A stretch of DNA of 64,000 nt, taken from assembly GCA_036170475.1 (NCBI GenBank), contig JAVHPE010000161.1:5559-69558 (forward strand), in the 5' to 3' direction. Below the pieces are notes generated by a model. It worked only from the letters and a program-made list of their open reading frames with translations, was not told the origin of the DNA and searched no databases. The position numbers and the translations under genes are program-made. Source of the DNA: Bacteroidia bacterium (GTDB lineage: Bacteria; Bacteroidota; Bacteroidia; 2-12-FULL-35-15). This document shows, one piece after another, positions 38,435 through 46,266 of the stretch (positions are counted from its first letter, which is position 1; every line of letters begins with the position of its first letter).

Positions 38435-39328
38435 TTAGTGATTCACAATAAATTTTTTTACAGAAAAATTTACTGAATCTGAATATTTCAAAAAATACAC
38501 ACCATTATTCAGTAGTCGTGTATCAATAATTTCTCCAATGAAGTTTTGATTGTTATAGAGCATTTGCCCAGTGTAATTAAGTATTTGTATTGTTTGTTTT
38601 GTTGATTTATTACCGGGTCCCATTTTTTGAATTGCCAAATTGTCTGTGGCAGGATTGGGATAAACAGAAATAAAATTGTCATTTTGTGGTTCAGTAATTC
38701 CCTCCATCAAATCATCTTTAATGAGAAAATCATCTATCATCCAGCCATCATGAGAAGTAGAATTACTGTCGGTAATATAGGTAAACCGGAAAAGAATTGT
38801 ATCGGCAGGAGAATAAATCCCCATAGTTGAATAGTTATCCATTAATGTAAGGTCAAATGTTTGCCAGCCAACGGTGGATCCTGCTAAGGTAGGTTTTGCC
38901 GCTGCCCATAGAAAATTATAGGCACTGTCCTGGGTCAATAAATTAATCCAAACAGTATGTGCAGAGTCGGGCGAAACTTCAATTAGTCCTCTATCAGTTG
39001 AATCTCCATCCATTTGATACCAAAAGTTCAATGACAAATGATGAAAAGGAATAGGGGATGTTAAATGTTTCAGATAAAATATGAATGTGTCGTTAGGAGG
39101 AACGGGATTTAATTTATCCGTTATAATTACATGTGGTATAGAAAGAGCAGTAGTAAAAACTGTTTTAGCAGGTTGTCCAATTTGCCAAATACAATTAGGA
39201 TTGGCGAGAGTATCTACAGAAATTCTGTCCAGATTTGTCGGACAATCAAAGTCAATTCCCCAAATGTATTGACCGAATGAATTCGCCGCAGTTAATGTCA
39301 ACGAAACTAAAATTAGAATTTTTTTCAT
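38435..39328 (-). CDS. Secreted protein with T9SS (Por) C-terminal sorting domain
   Basis: ATG 39328 gives a signal peptide MKKILILVSLTLTAANSFGQ. C-terminus is VYPNPATDNLAI...LNNGVYFLKY...KKFIV. Confidence 0.75.
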   Translation of the reverse strand: MKKILILVSLTLTAANSFGQYIWGIDFDCPTNLDRISVDTLANPNCIWQIGQPAKTVFTTALSIPHVIITDKLNPVPPNDTFIFYLKHLTSPIPFHHLSLNFWYQMDGDSTDRGLIEVSPDSAHTVWINLLTQDSAYNFLWAAAKPTLAGSTVGWQTFDLTLMDNYSTMGIYSPADTILFRFTYITDSNSTSHDGWMIDDFLIKDDLMEGITEPQNDNFISVYPNPATDNLAIQKMGPGNKSTKQTIQILNYTGQMLYNNQNFIGEIIDTRLLNNGVYFLKYSDSVNFSVKKFIVNH

Positions 39329-39453
39329 TGCAGTAACAATTAATATAGACTTCAATTCAGGTTTGTCAGTGTTGCCGATTTCGTAACCAAATTTATAAAC
39401 TTTATAAGTATGCTAAAAAATTTTGCTCCCTACGGTTTTTGCCTTTATAGTAT

Positions 39454-40365
39454 TTAATAATGTTGCGCCCCTTCAATAACCCTGAAAATATGTAAAATAG
39501 ATGGGAATAAAGCATCCATGGATTCCTGCGCACCTTTGGTTGAACCCGGCAATGTCATAATAAGTGTATTGCCTTTCATGCCTGCAATGCCCCTGGATAA
39601 CATAGAAAAAGGGGTTCGGTCCTGACCGTAATTTCTTGCCGCTTCCATTATTCCCTGAACTTCCTTGTCCAATAGAGGTTTTATTGCCTCAGGTGAATTA
39701 TCTCTTGGTGAAAGACCTGTGCCCCCGGTTAAAATAATCAAGTCGATTTTAGTTGCGTGCAAGTTCAATACTTTTTCCTGTATCCCTTTTGTATCATCCG
39801 GTATTACAGAGTAATCAGTAATAGCAACCTTACACGATTCTAATTTTTTGATAATCGCTTTGCCTGCTTTATCCGTTTTTTTGCCTGCTGAAATACTATC
39901 AGAACATACAATTACAGCCGCTTTTAAATCGGTACGGAATTTATCAATGAAGTCGGATTTGCCACCTTTTTTCTCCAGTAATTTTATGGATTGAATTTCA
40001 ATTCCTTTATCAATAGGCTTAAGCATATCATACATGGTAAGTGCAATCACTGACGCACCGTGCATGGCTTCTACTTCAACTCCGGTTTTATAGATGGTAT
40101 GAACTTCTATTTCAATGAAAATTTCTAATCCCTTGATATCAAATCTTACGGCAGTATATTCAACCGGCATAGGATGGCAGTCAGGAATCATATCGCTGGT
40201 CCTTTTTACAGCAAATAGCCCGGCCGTTTTTGCCATTTCAAAAACATCACCTTTCGGAACGCTTTTATTTACAATAGCATCAACAGTTTCTTTTTTGCTG
40301 ACTTTTACAATCGCCTGTGCTTTTGCCATGCGATGCGTACTTGATTTGAATGTTATATCTACCAT
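39454..40365 (-). CDS. moaC: Bifunctional MoaC (cyclic pyranopterin monophosphate synthase) / MoaB-MogA-like protein
   Basis: N-terminal half is MoaC-like ([23 protein letters not shown]). C-terminal half is MogA/MoaB-like ([12 protein letters not shown]). Confidence 0.88.
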   Translation of the reverse strand: MVDITFKSSTHRMAKAQAIVKVSKKETVDAIVNKSVPKGDVFEMAKTAGLFAVKRTSDMIPDCHPMPVEYTAVRFDIKGLEIFIEIEVHTIYKTGVEVEAMHGASVIALTMYDMLKPIDKGIEIQSIKLLEKKGGKSDFIDKFRTDLKAAVIVCSDSISAGKKTDKAGKAIIKKLESCKVAITDYSVIPDDTKGIQEKVLNLHATKIDLIILTGGTGLSPRDNSPEAIKPLLDKEVQGIMEAARNYGQDRTPFSMLSRGIAGMKGNTLIMTLPGSTKGAQESMDALFPSILHIFRVIEGAQHY

Positions 40366-40407
40366 AATTTAATGTGCTGATTTATTGATGTGCTAATGTG
40401 CTGATTT

Positions 40408-40854
40408 TCATGATTTATTTTCTTTCCAAACATGGGAGGCATCTTCAAAAATTTCTTTTCCCCAGATGGGAACATCTGCTTTAATTTGTTCGACAATTTC
40501 GTGGCAGGCGTCAAAAGCATCTTTACGATGTATGGATGAAACAAATACAAACAAACATATTTCGCCGGCTTTAACAGTTCCAAGGCTGTGATAAATGTGC
40601 ATACAAACTAAATTGTAGTTTGCGAAAGCTGCTTCCCGTATTTCATGCAATTTTTGTTCAGCCATTTCATTGTAAGTCGAATAGTCAATTGCAACAACTG
40701 TTTTGTTATCAATGATATCATTTCGGACCTGTCCTAAAAAAATGTCATGCCCACCGATAGTAGTTTTTTTACTGTGTTTTGAAATACTGTCAGCAATAAA
40801 AGCAGAAGTTATTGGACCTTCAATAAATACGCTATGTTTCTTTTTCTCTGTCAT
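40408..40854 (-). CDS. moaE: Molybdopterin synthase catalytic subunit MoaE
   Basis: 148 aa. GGHDIFLGQVRN, VFVSSIHRKDAFDAC and PIWGKE. Confidence 0.85.
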   Translation of the reverse strand: MTEKKKHSVFIEGPITSAFIADSISKHSKKTTIGGHDIFLGQVRNDIIDNKTVVAIDYSTYNEMAEQKLHEIREAAFANYNLVCMHIYHSLGTVKAGEICLFVFVSSIHRKDAFDACHEIVEQIKADVPIWGKEIFEDASHVWKENKS

Positions 40855-40897
40855 TTTAAATTAAAAATTTATGATTATTTTGCATTAGTAAATTTAA

Positions 40898-41131
40898 TTA
40901 CCCTCCCGAAAAGGGCGGTAATAGTGCCACCGTATCTTTATCATTTAACGAGGTGTTTCCCTGAACAATTTTTTTATTTACCGCCAATAGATAGTTAAAT
41001 GCCACTAATTTAGGATACTGTTCGATAAGTTTTTGATTTAATTCGTTCGTATTTTTTACATCTAAAATTCTTAACTCAGCTTTTCCGGTTATTTCGGCAA
41101 GTTGTCCGAATGCAAGTAAATTAATTTCCAT
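40898..41131 (-). CDS. moaD: Molybdopterin synthase sulfur-carrier subunit MoaD
   Basis: 77 aa, ubiquitin-like, with a C-terminal ...PPFSGG di-glycine. Confidence 0.85.
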   Translation of the reverse strand: MEINLLAFGQLAEITGKAELRILDVKNTNELNQKLIEQYPKLVAFNYLLAVNKKIVQGNTSLNDKDTVALLPPFSGG

Positions 41132-41720
41132 TTTGTAATTTTTTAATTGCTTTTTCTAAATCCTCTTTGGTATTGACATTAAAAAAAACTGAATCATTGA
41201 ATAAATTATTATCATCAACATTTAATTTCAGGATGGAAAAATAACTAATCAAATCCTGTAATTTGAAAATATTTTGACGAATCAGATCGTTCCATTTGCT
41301 CAAACACCCTTTTGAATATACTCCAAACATTGGTTCAATTTTTTGATGGTAAATCGGCAAAGTTATTTGTGCCTGAGCGGTCTGACTTATAACAAACTCA
41401 ATAGAACGGCTTGTTACAAATGGCATATCGCAGCTTACAATGAAGTTTTTTTCGACATCAGTATGATTTAATGCGACATGAATTCCTCCTGCAGGACCTA
41501 TGTTTGTTACAAGATCACTAATTACTTCAATACCGAATTTTTCATAATCAGGATTATTGGAAACAATTACCAGCTTATTAACTGCAGGTTTCACCTGCTC
41601 CATCACATGTTGTATAATTGCTTTCCCGTTGAAAAGAATTAAGCCTTTGTCAATACCCATGCGTAAACTCTTTCCACCGGCAAGAATGTAGCCATTGATT
41701 GTATTTATTTTAGTAACCAT
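41121..41720 (-). CDS. mobA: Molybdenum cofactor guanylyltransferase MobA
   Basis: GYILAGGKSLRMGIDKGL and VSCDMPF. Confidence 0.85.
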   Translation of the reverse strand: MVTKINTINGYILAGGKSLRMGIDKGLILFNGKAIIQHVMEQVKPAVNKLVIVSNNPDYEKFGIEVISDLVTNIGPAGGIHVALNHTDVEKNFIVSCDMPFVTSRSIEFVISQTAQAQITLPIYHQKIEPMFGVYSKGCLSKWNDLIRQNIFKLQDLISYFSILKLNVDDNNLFNDSVFFNVNTKEDLEKAIKKLQNGN

Positions 41721-41723
41721 AAC

Positions 41724-42458
41724 TCAGGTAATAATTAGCTTAATAGATGCAATTATCAATACAACAGCCAATAATTTATTCAAAAAACGGTTATCAAATT
41801 TCTTCGCCCCAAAATATGAACCGGCTATTCCTCCCGCCAATGCAATAATTATCATTAAACCCATTTCATTTTTATATTCGAAGCCTTTTGTAAATAGACC
41901 AGCCAGACCGGCTACTGAGTTAACAAAAATGAATAATGCGGAAACAGCGGCTGTTTTTTTCATATCTGCCCAGTGTAGGAGCAAAATGATGGGGCTTAAA
42001 ATGATTCCGCCACCTATTCCTATCAAACCAGAAAACAAACCAATAGCCGCTCCGATTATAAGTGCAATAACAATATTTTGTCTGACTTCTAATTTCTCTG
42101 TTTGGATCTTTACTCCTAATAGTTTTATCACCGAAAAAAGTAAAAGAACAGCCAATATTTTTTTATATAAACCTGCGTCAACAGTTATCATGCCTCCTAT
42201 AAATGCGGCAGGAAATGAAGCTAAAGCGAATGGCCAAAAGAGATTCCATTTAAAATATCCGCTTCGGTAATATTGAACAAATGCAATAAGTGAAACAAAA
42301 ACATTCAACAACAATGCTGTTGGTCGCATTGTTTCAGGAGCAAATGAAAAAAAAGTCATCAATGCCAGATAACCGCTTGCACCGCCATGTCCGACTGAGG
42401 AATACAAGAATGCGACAGCAACCAGTAAAATATAAAATAGAAGAAGTGATGCTGTCAT
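41724..42458 (-). CDS. TauE/SafE (DUF81) family anion-exporter-like membrane protein
   Basis: 244 aa with about 8 TM helices and two internal halves carrying GxGGG motifs (VGHGGASGY, IGIGGGIIL). Confidence 0.75.
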   Translation of the reverse strand: MTASLLLFYILLVAVAFLYSSVGHGGASGYLALMTFFSFAPETMRPTALLLNVFVSLIAFVQYYRSGYFKWNLFWPFALASFPAAFIGGMITVDAGLYKKILAVLLLFSVIKLLGVKIQTEKLEVRQNIVIALIIGAAIGLFSGLIGIGGGIILSPIILLLHWADMKKTAAVSALFIFVNSVAGLAGLFTKGFEYKNEMGLMIIIALAGGIAGSYFGAKKFDNRFLNKLLAVVLIIASIKLIIT

Positions 42459-42802
42459 TGTTTATTGTTTTTATTCAACTTGGTTGAAAAAGTTGTTTTG
42501 AATTTTTGAAATTCAATTTCCATCTGATGAAAGTGTTTTAGTAGATTTTCTCCTTCAAATGTTAATATGGTTCCTCCGCCATCACTGCCACCTATCGTTT
42601 TAATTACAATCTTTTTTTTTGCTCCACGATTCATTTCATTGACCATAGTCCATGCCTGACGGTAGGATATTTCTAATGACTGCGCAGCTTTTGAAATAGA
42701 GCCCAGCTCTTTAATTTTCTCCAACAATCTGGCGCGGCCTTTTCCGATTTGTAACCCGGCAACTTCCAACCATAAATTCCCTTTTATTTGAAATAAATTC
42801 AT
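42455..42802 (-). CDS. ModE N-terminal-domain-only winged-HTH regulator (no Mop/TOBE domain)
   Basis: GKGRARLLEKIKELGSISKAAQSLEISYRQAWTMVNEMN...GGSDGGGTILT matches the ModE/LysR-type HTH N-domain. Only 115 aa. Confidence 0.75.
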   Translation of the reverse strand: MNLFQIKGNLWLEVAGLQIGKGRARLLEKIKELGSISKAAQSLEISYRQAWTMVNEMNRGAKKKIVIKTIGGSDGGGTILTFEGENLLKHFHQMEIEFQKFKTTFSTKLNKNNKQ

Positions 42803-42809
42803 AATGATC

Positions 42810-43994
42810 TCAATTTAACAAATGAATTTCCACTAACTCACCTTTTTGAAACTCGGTTTTAGTTTCGTCGAGCTGAATAATGCAATCGGCAAACGCAAAG
42901 GAGTTCATCAGGTATGACTCTTGTGCCTGTAAAGGAATAACTTTGTTCCCTGATAGCAGTCCTTTAAGAAAATAGGTCAATCCTTCTTTTTTACTGTAGG
43001 AGGATGATAAAGGAAGATAAATGCTTTCTTCCTTTTTAGTTTTAAATCCCATCATTTTTTTTAAAGCAGGAGCAATGTATTCGTAATAACAGGTCAATAA
43101 AGCGGATGGATTCCCGGGTAAACCAAATACCATCGTGTTTTTATATTTTCCGAAATAGATTGGCATACCGGGCTTTTGTTTCACTTTATGAAATATACGT
43201 TGCACCCCGCAGTTATCAAATGCTTTAGTCACAAAATCGTAATCGCCTACGGAAACGCCACCGGAAAGAATCATTACGTCACAATCCGGAAGATTATTTT
43301 TTATGATGTTGGTAATTTCCTGTTCGTTATCATCAACACTTAAAATCTTCTTTGGTGTAATGTTTAATGCCTTTAACGCAGCATTTAAACTATATGAATT
43401 GCATTCGTATATTTTGCCCGGTTCCAATGCTTGCCCGGGTTTGTTTAATTCTTTTCCTGTAGTAATTATGCAGACACGGGGAGGAAGGAACACGTGTACC
43501 TTATCAAAACCTAATCCGGATAAAAATCCTGCTGCGCCAGCAGAAATTTTGCATCCTGCTTTCAGGGCAAGACTTCCATTTGTAGTTTGTGATCCTTTCA
43601 GCCGGATGTTTGCACCTTTTTTTAATTGAGTATCATTAATAAAAAGTTGATTTTCCCGAACAGTAACTTTTTCCTGCATTACAACAGTATCGCTACCTTC
43701 AGGTACAGGCGCTCCGGTAAAAATGCGAATGGCTGTATTGGGTAATAGTTTTTTGGTTGGAAAAACACCGGCAGGGATTTCGCCGTCAATTTTAAAAGCC
43801 TGATTCCCTTTCAAGTCATCAAATCTAAAACCATATCCATCCATTGCCGATTGATCAAACGAAGGAACATCAATTGTAGAATAAACGTCCTCTGCTAGTA
43901 TAAGACCGGTTGCATCATATAATGAAATACTAATTGGAGCAAGATGTTTTGTGTTTTCGGTTACTAATTGTTTTGCTTCTGAAACTGAAATCAT
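42810..43994 (-). CDS. moeA: Molybdopterin molybdotransferase MoeA
   Basis: VPSFDQSAMDGYGF, ILSGGVSVGDYDF and GLPGNPSA. Confidence 0.9.
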   Translation of the reverse strand: MISVSEAKQLVTENTKHLAPISISLYDATGLILAEDVYSTIDVPSFDQSAMDGYGFRFDDLKGNQAFKIDGEIPAGVFPTKKLLPNTAIRIFTGAPVPEGSDTVVMQEKVTVRENQLFINDTQLKKGANIRLKGSQTTNGSLALKAGCKISAGAAGFLSGLGFDKVHVFLPPRVCIITTGKELNKPGQALEPGKIYECNSYSLNAALKALNITPKKILSVDDNEQEITNIIKNNLPDCDVMILSGGVSVGDYDFVTKAFDNCGVQRIFHKVKQKPGMPIYFGKYKNTMVFGLPGNPSALLTCYYEYIAPALKKMMGFKTKKEESIYLPLSSSYSKKEGLTYFLKGLLSGNKVIPLQAQESYLMNSFAFADCIIQLDETKTEFQKGELVEIHLLN

Positions 43995-44041
43995 AATTTT
44001 TTTTCGATATGTTAATTAAGTAATAACGGTAGCTAAAAAAA

Positions 44042-45025
44042 TTAGCCGCCTAGTCCTATCATGCTTCTTTCGCGGTTTTCCGTATTTTTTTTTCCCCAGT
44101 TATCGTTTTCATTATTTCCGCCCAGCATTTCATATTTCCCTTGTACACAAGCATGTATTAATGGCTCAATGTCTTTTCCCTGACGCAATGTGTTAAGCAA
44201 ATCAGTTTCCTGTTTCGCAAAGAGGCAGTTATACATTTTGCCATCAGAAGTCAGCCGCATTCGATTACATCCGCTGCAAAAAGGTTCGCTCATTGTGCTG
44301 ATTACAGCAAATGTCCCAAGGTGCTTTGGTACAAAATATTTTTTTGCCGTATCATTTTTTTCATTCAGTAACTTTATATAATGATATTTCGATGAAATTA
44401 CATCTAAAATTTGCTTGTGAGTAAACATTTTATCCTTGCTCCATTCATTTCCTGTAAAGGGCATAAACTCTATAAAACGAACATGCACAGGAGCATCTTT
44501 TGTCCATTCAATGAAGTTTAAGATCTCATCATCATTAAAGTTTTTTATGGCAACCGTATTAACCTTCACATGAAAATCCTTTGACAACAATAAATTAATG
44601 TTGTCCCTAACACGGCTGAACTCATCGCGTTGTGTGATGGAAAGATACTTTTCTTTTTTCATGGTGTCCAAACTGACATTCACTGATTTTACTCCTGCTT
44701 CTTTGAATGTTTCAATAAACTCATGAACAAAAACCCCATTAGTAGTGATGGCAAGTTCTATTGGATATTTTGATAGTCGCTGAATAATTTCTTTTGCATC
44801 TCTCCTTACCAATGGTTCACCGCCGGTAAGACGAATTTTTTTAACTCCTGATTTTACAAAAACAGCAGCAATACGTTCAATTTCATCCGCATTCATGCGT
44901 GGAGCATTTGCGAAAACGCCTTTAGGCAAATCTTCCGGTGTACAGTAACTGCAACGCAGATTACATTTATCTGTGATGGAAATTCTCAGATAATCATGAA
45001 TACGGTTGAATTTGTCTGTTAGCAT
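44042..45025 (-). CDS. moaA: GTP 3',8-cyclase MoaA (radical SAM)
   Basis: CNLRCSYC radical-SAM cluster, C-terminal CSGCNRMRLTSDGKMYNCLF cluster, and a GG tail. Confidence 0.92.
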   Translation of the reverse strand: MLTDKFNRIHDYLRISITDKCNLRCSYCTPEDLPKGVFANAPRMNADEIERIAAVFVKSGVKKIRLTGGEPLVRRDAKEIIQRLSKYPIELAITTNGVFVHEFIETFKEAGVKSVNVSLDTMKKEKYLSITQRDEFSRVRDNINLLLSKDFHVKVNTVAIKNFNDDEILNFIEWTKDAPVHVRFIEFMPFTGNEWSKDKMFTHKQILDVISSKYHYIKLLNEKNDTAKKYFVPKHLGTFAVISTMSEPFCSGCNRMRLTSDGKMYNCLFAKQETDLLNTLRQGKDIEPLIHACVQGKYEMLGGNNENDNWGKKNTENRERSMIGLGG

Positions 45026-45071
45026 TTGTGAAATTAATTAGGTCTGTAGGTTCCGGTAAGTGATTTAAAAA

Positions 45072-45803
45072 TTATGCTCTTTTTATTTTTTTAACGCATT
45101 TTTCCAAAATGAATTTATCCAATTTGTCATGTTTTGAAATTGTAATTTTTCGTTTATTTAATATTATAATTTGTTCTTTTTCGAAAAAAGCCAGTGTACG
45201 GCTCATTTCCCCGGCTGAAGTTGCTGCCATATCCGCCATTTCTTGTCTCGTAAGCAAAATATCCAATAAAAAACGATCTTCTCCTGAAGATTTCCCAAAT
45301 TTATCTTTGAGAATCAGCAAAACCATCGCAATTCTAGCTTGGACACAGAATTGATTGAAATTTCTATACTGAATTTCCATACAACTAAGCTGTTGAGCAT
45401 AAAATTCTAAGAGATGCAGAGCAAATTTATGATTTTCTTTGAGTGTTTCCAAAAATAATTCTAATTCGAAAAAACAAAAAGCAGCATTTTCAAGAGCCGC
45501 TGCACTTACTAAATATATTTTTTCTGCAAAACTTCTTATGCCCAACATTTCTCCAGCAGTAGCAATACGAAAAATATTTTGTTTCCCATTTTCAGCGGTA
45601 TTAAAAACTTTTACGCTTCCATCAAAAATAAAACTAACCCCGGTAACCATATTCCCTTCGCGGAAAACAGATTGCCCTTTTTTATACAAAATAAATAATT
45701 TCCGGCTGTCTAAAACAGACTTCCATTTTTGTGAACAATGTTTGTTTATCAAACATTTTGATTGTAAACATGTTTTGCAAAGGGGAGAATTAGAGTTATG
45801 CAT
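45072..45803 (-). CDS. Crp/Fnr-family regulator with N-terminal Cys cluster (FNR-like)
   Basis: N-terminus is CKTCLQSKCLINKHC (C-x2-C-x4-C-x5-C). It also has a cNMP-binding-like beta-roll and a C-terminal HTH TRQEMADMAATSAGEMSRTL. Confidence 0.75.
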   Translation of the reverse strand: MHNSNSPLCKTCLQSKCLINKHCSQKWKSVLDSRKLFILYKKGQSVFREGNMVTGVSFIFDGSVKVFNTAENGKQNIFRIATAGEMLGIRSFAEKIYLVSAAALENAAFCFFELELFLETLKENHKFALHLLEFYAQQLSCMEIQYRNFNQFCVQARIAMVLLILKDKFGKSSGEDRFLLDILLTRQEMADMAATSAGEMSRTLAFFEKEQIIILNKRKITISKHDKLDKFILEKCVKKIKRA

Positions 45804-45811
45804 TTTTTTGT

Positions 45812-46027
45812 TTACTTACCTGAAGTTGCATTCGTACTTTTTATTTCCTCTGTGACATCATCCATGCCTTTGGAGCTTTTTTTAAATTCATTAATACCCT
45901 TTCCAAATCCTTTCATTAGTTCAGGAATTTTTTTACCGCCGAAAAGCAGAAGAATAATAATTCCAATAATTACTAATTCGGGACCGCCAAGACCCATTAT
46001 TCCTATAATCATTCCTAATGTTATCAT
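45812..46027 (-). CDS. tatA: Twin-arginine translocase subunit TatA/E
   Basis: 71 aa. [37 protein letters not shown] is the canonical TatA TM-hinge-amphipathic helix. Confidence 0.88.
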   Translation of the reverse strand: MITLGMIIGIMGLGGPELVIIGIIILLLFGGKKIPELMKGFGKGINEFKKSSKGMDDVTEEIKSTNATSGK

Positions 46028-46063
46028 TTAGTTTGTTGTTAAATTGTTTATACTCTTTAAGGT

Positions 46064-46112
46064 AAAAAAGTCCTGTAAATTCAGATTGAATTGAGAATTA
46101 TTATTTACAGGA
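46064..46112 (-). terminator. Candidate rho-independent terminator/attenuator between the Mo-enzyme genes and tatA
   Basis: Minus-sense tcctgtaaat-N22-atttacagga followed by cttttttacc. 10-bp perfect stem with a large loop. Confidence 0.45.
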
Positions 46113-46266
46113 GTATTAATGCGAATCAAGGATTGAATTTTTGTTGATATAAATTAAACTAAATTTTATTACCGGATTAATCTACTTTTAATAAATTAAC
46201 TCCTTCAATTTTCAACCCCTGATTCACATCAAAAATAATTTCAAAAAGGCGCACAATTTTTCAATT

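Noticed and set aside
41695-42270. Long antisense ORFs (191 aa here; also 45439-45855, 46865-47275, 48214-48696, 19023-19448, 12171-12631)
   Set aside because: Each is fully embedded opposite a gene with strong family motifs. Their peptides are low-complexity and motif-free. They are most simply mirror-frame artefacts, not overlapping genes.
45026-45071. Moco riboswitch upstream of moaA or of the Mo-enzyme operon (50977-51243)
   Set aside because: The moaA leader is only 46 nt. The 267-nt porin leader is better explained by the sigma-54 promoter and the palindrome, and I saw no long conserved multi-stem structure.
46144-46157. FNR-box-like TTGAT-ATAA-ATTAA upstream of tatA
   Set aside because: It has one mismatch to TTGAT-N4-ATCAA and sits in very AT-rich DNA where such matches arise by chance. 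It lies upstream of the putative hairpin terminator, so its position is awkward for a tatA promoter.
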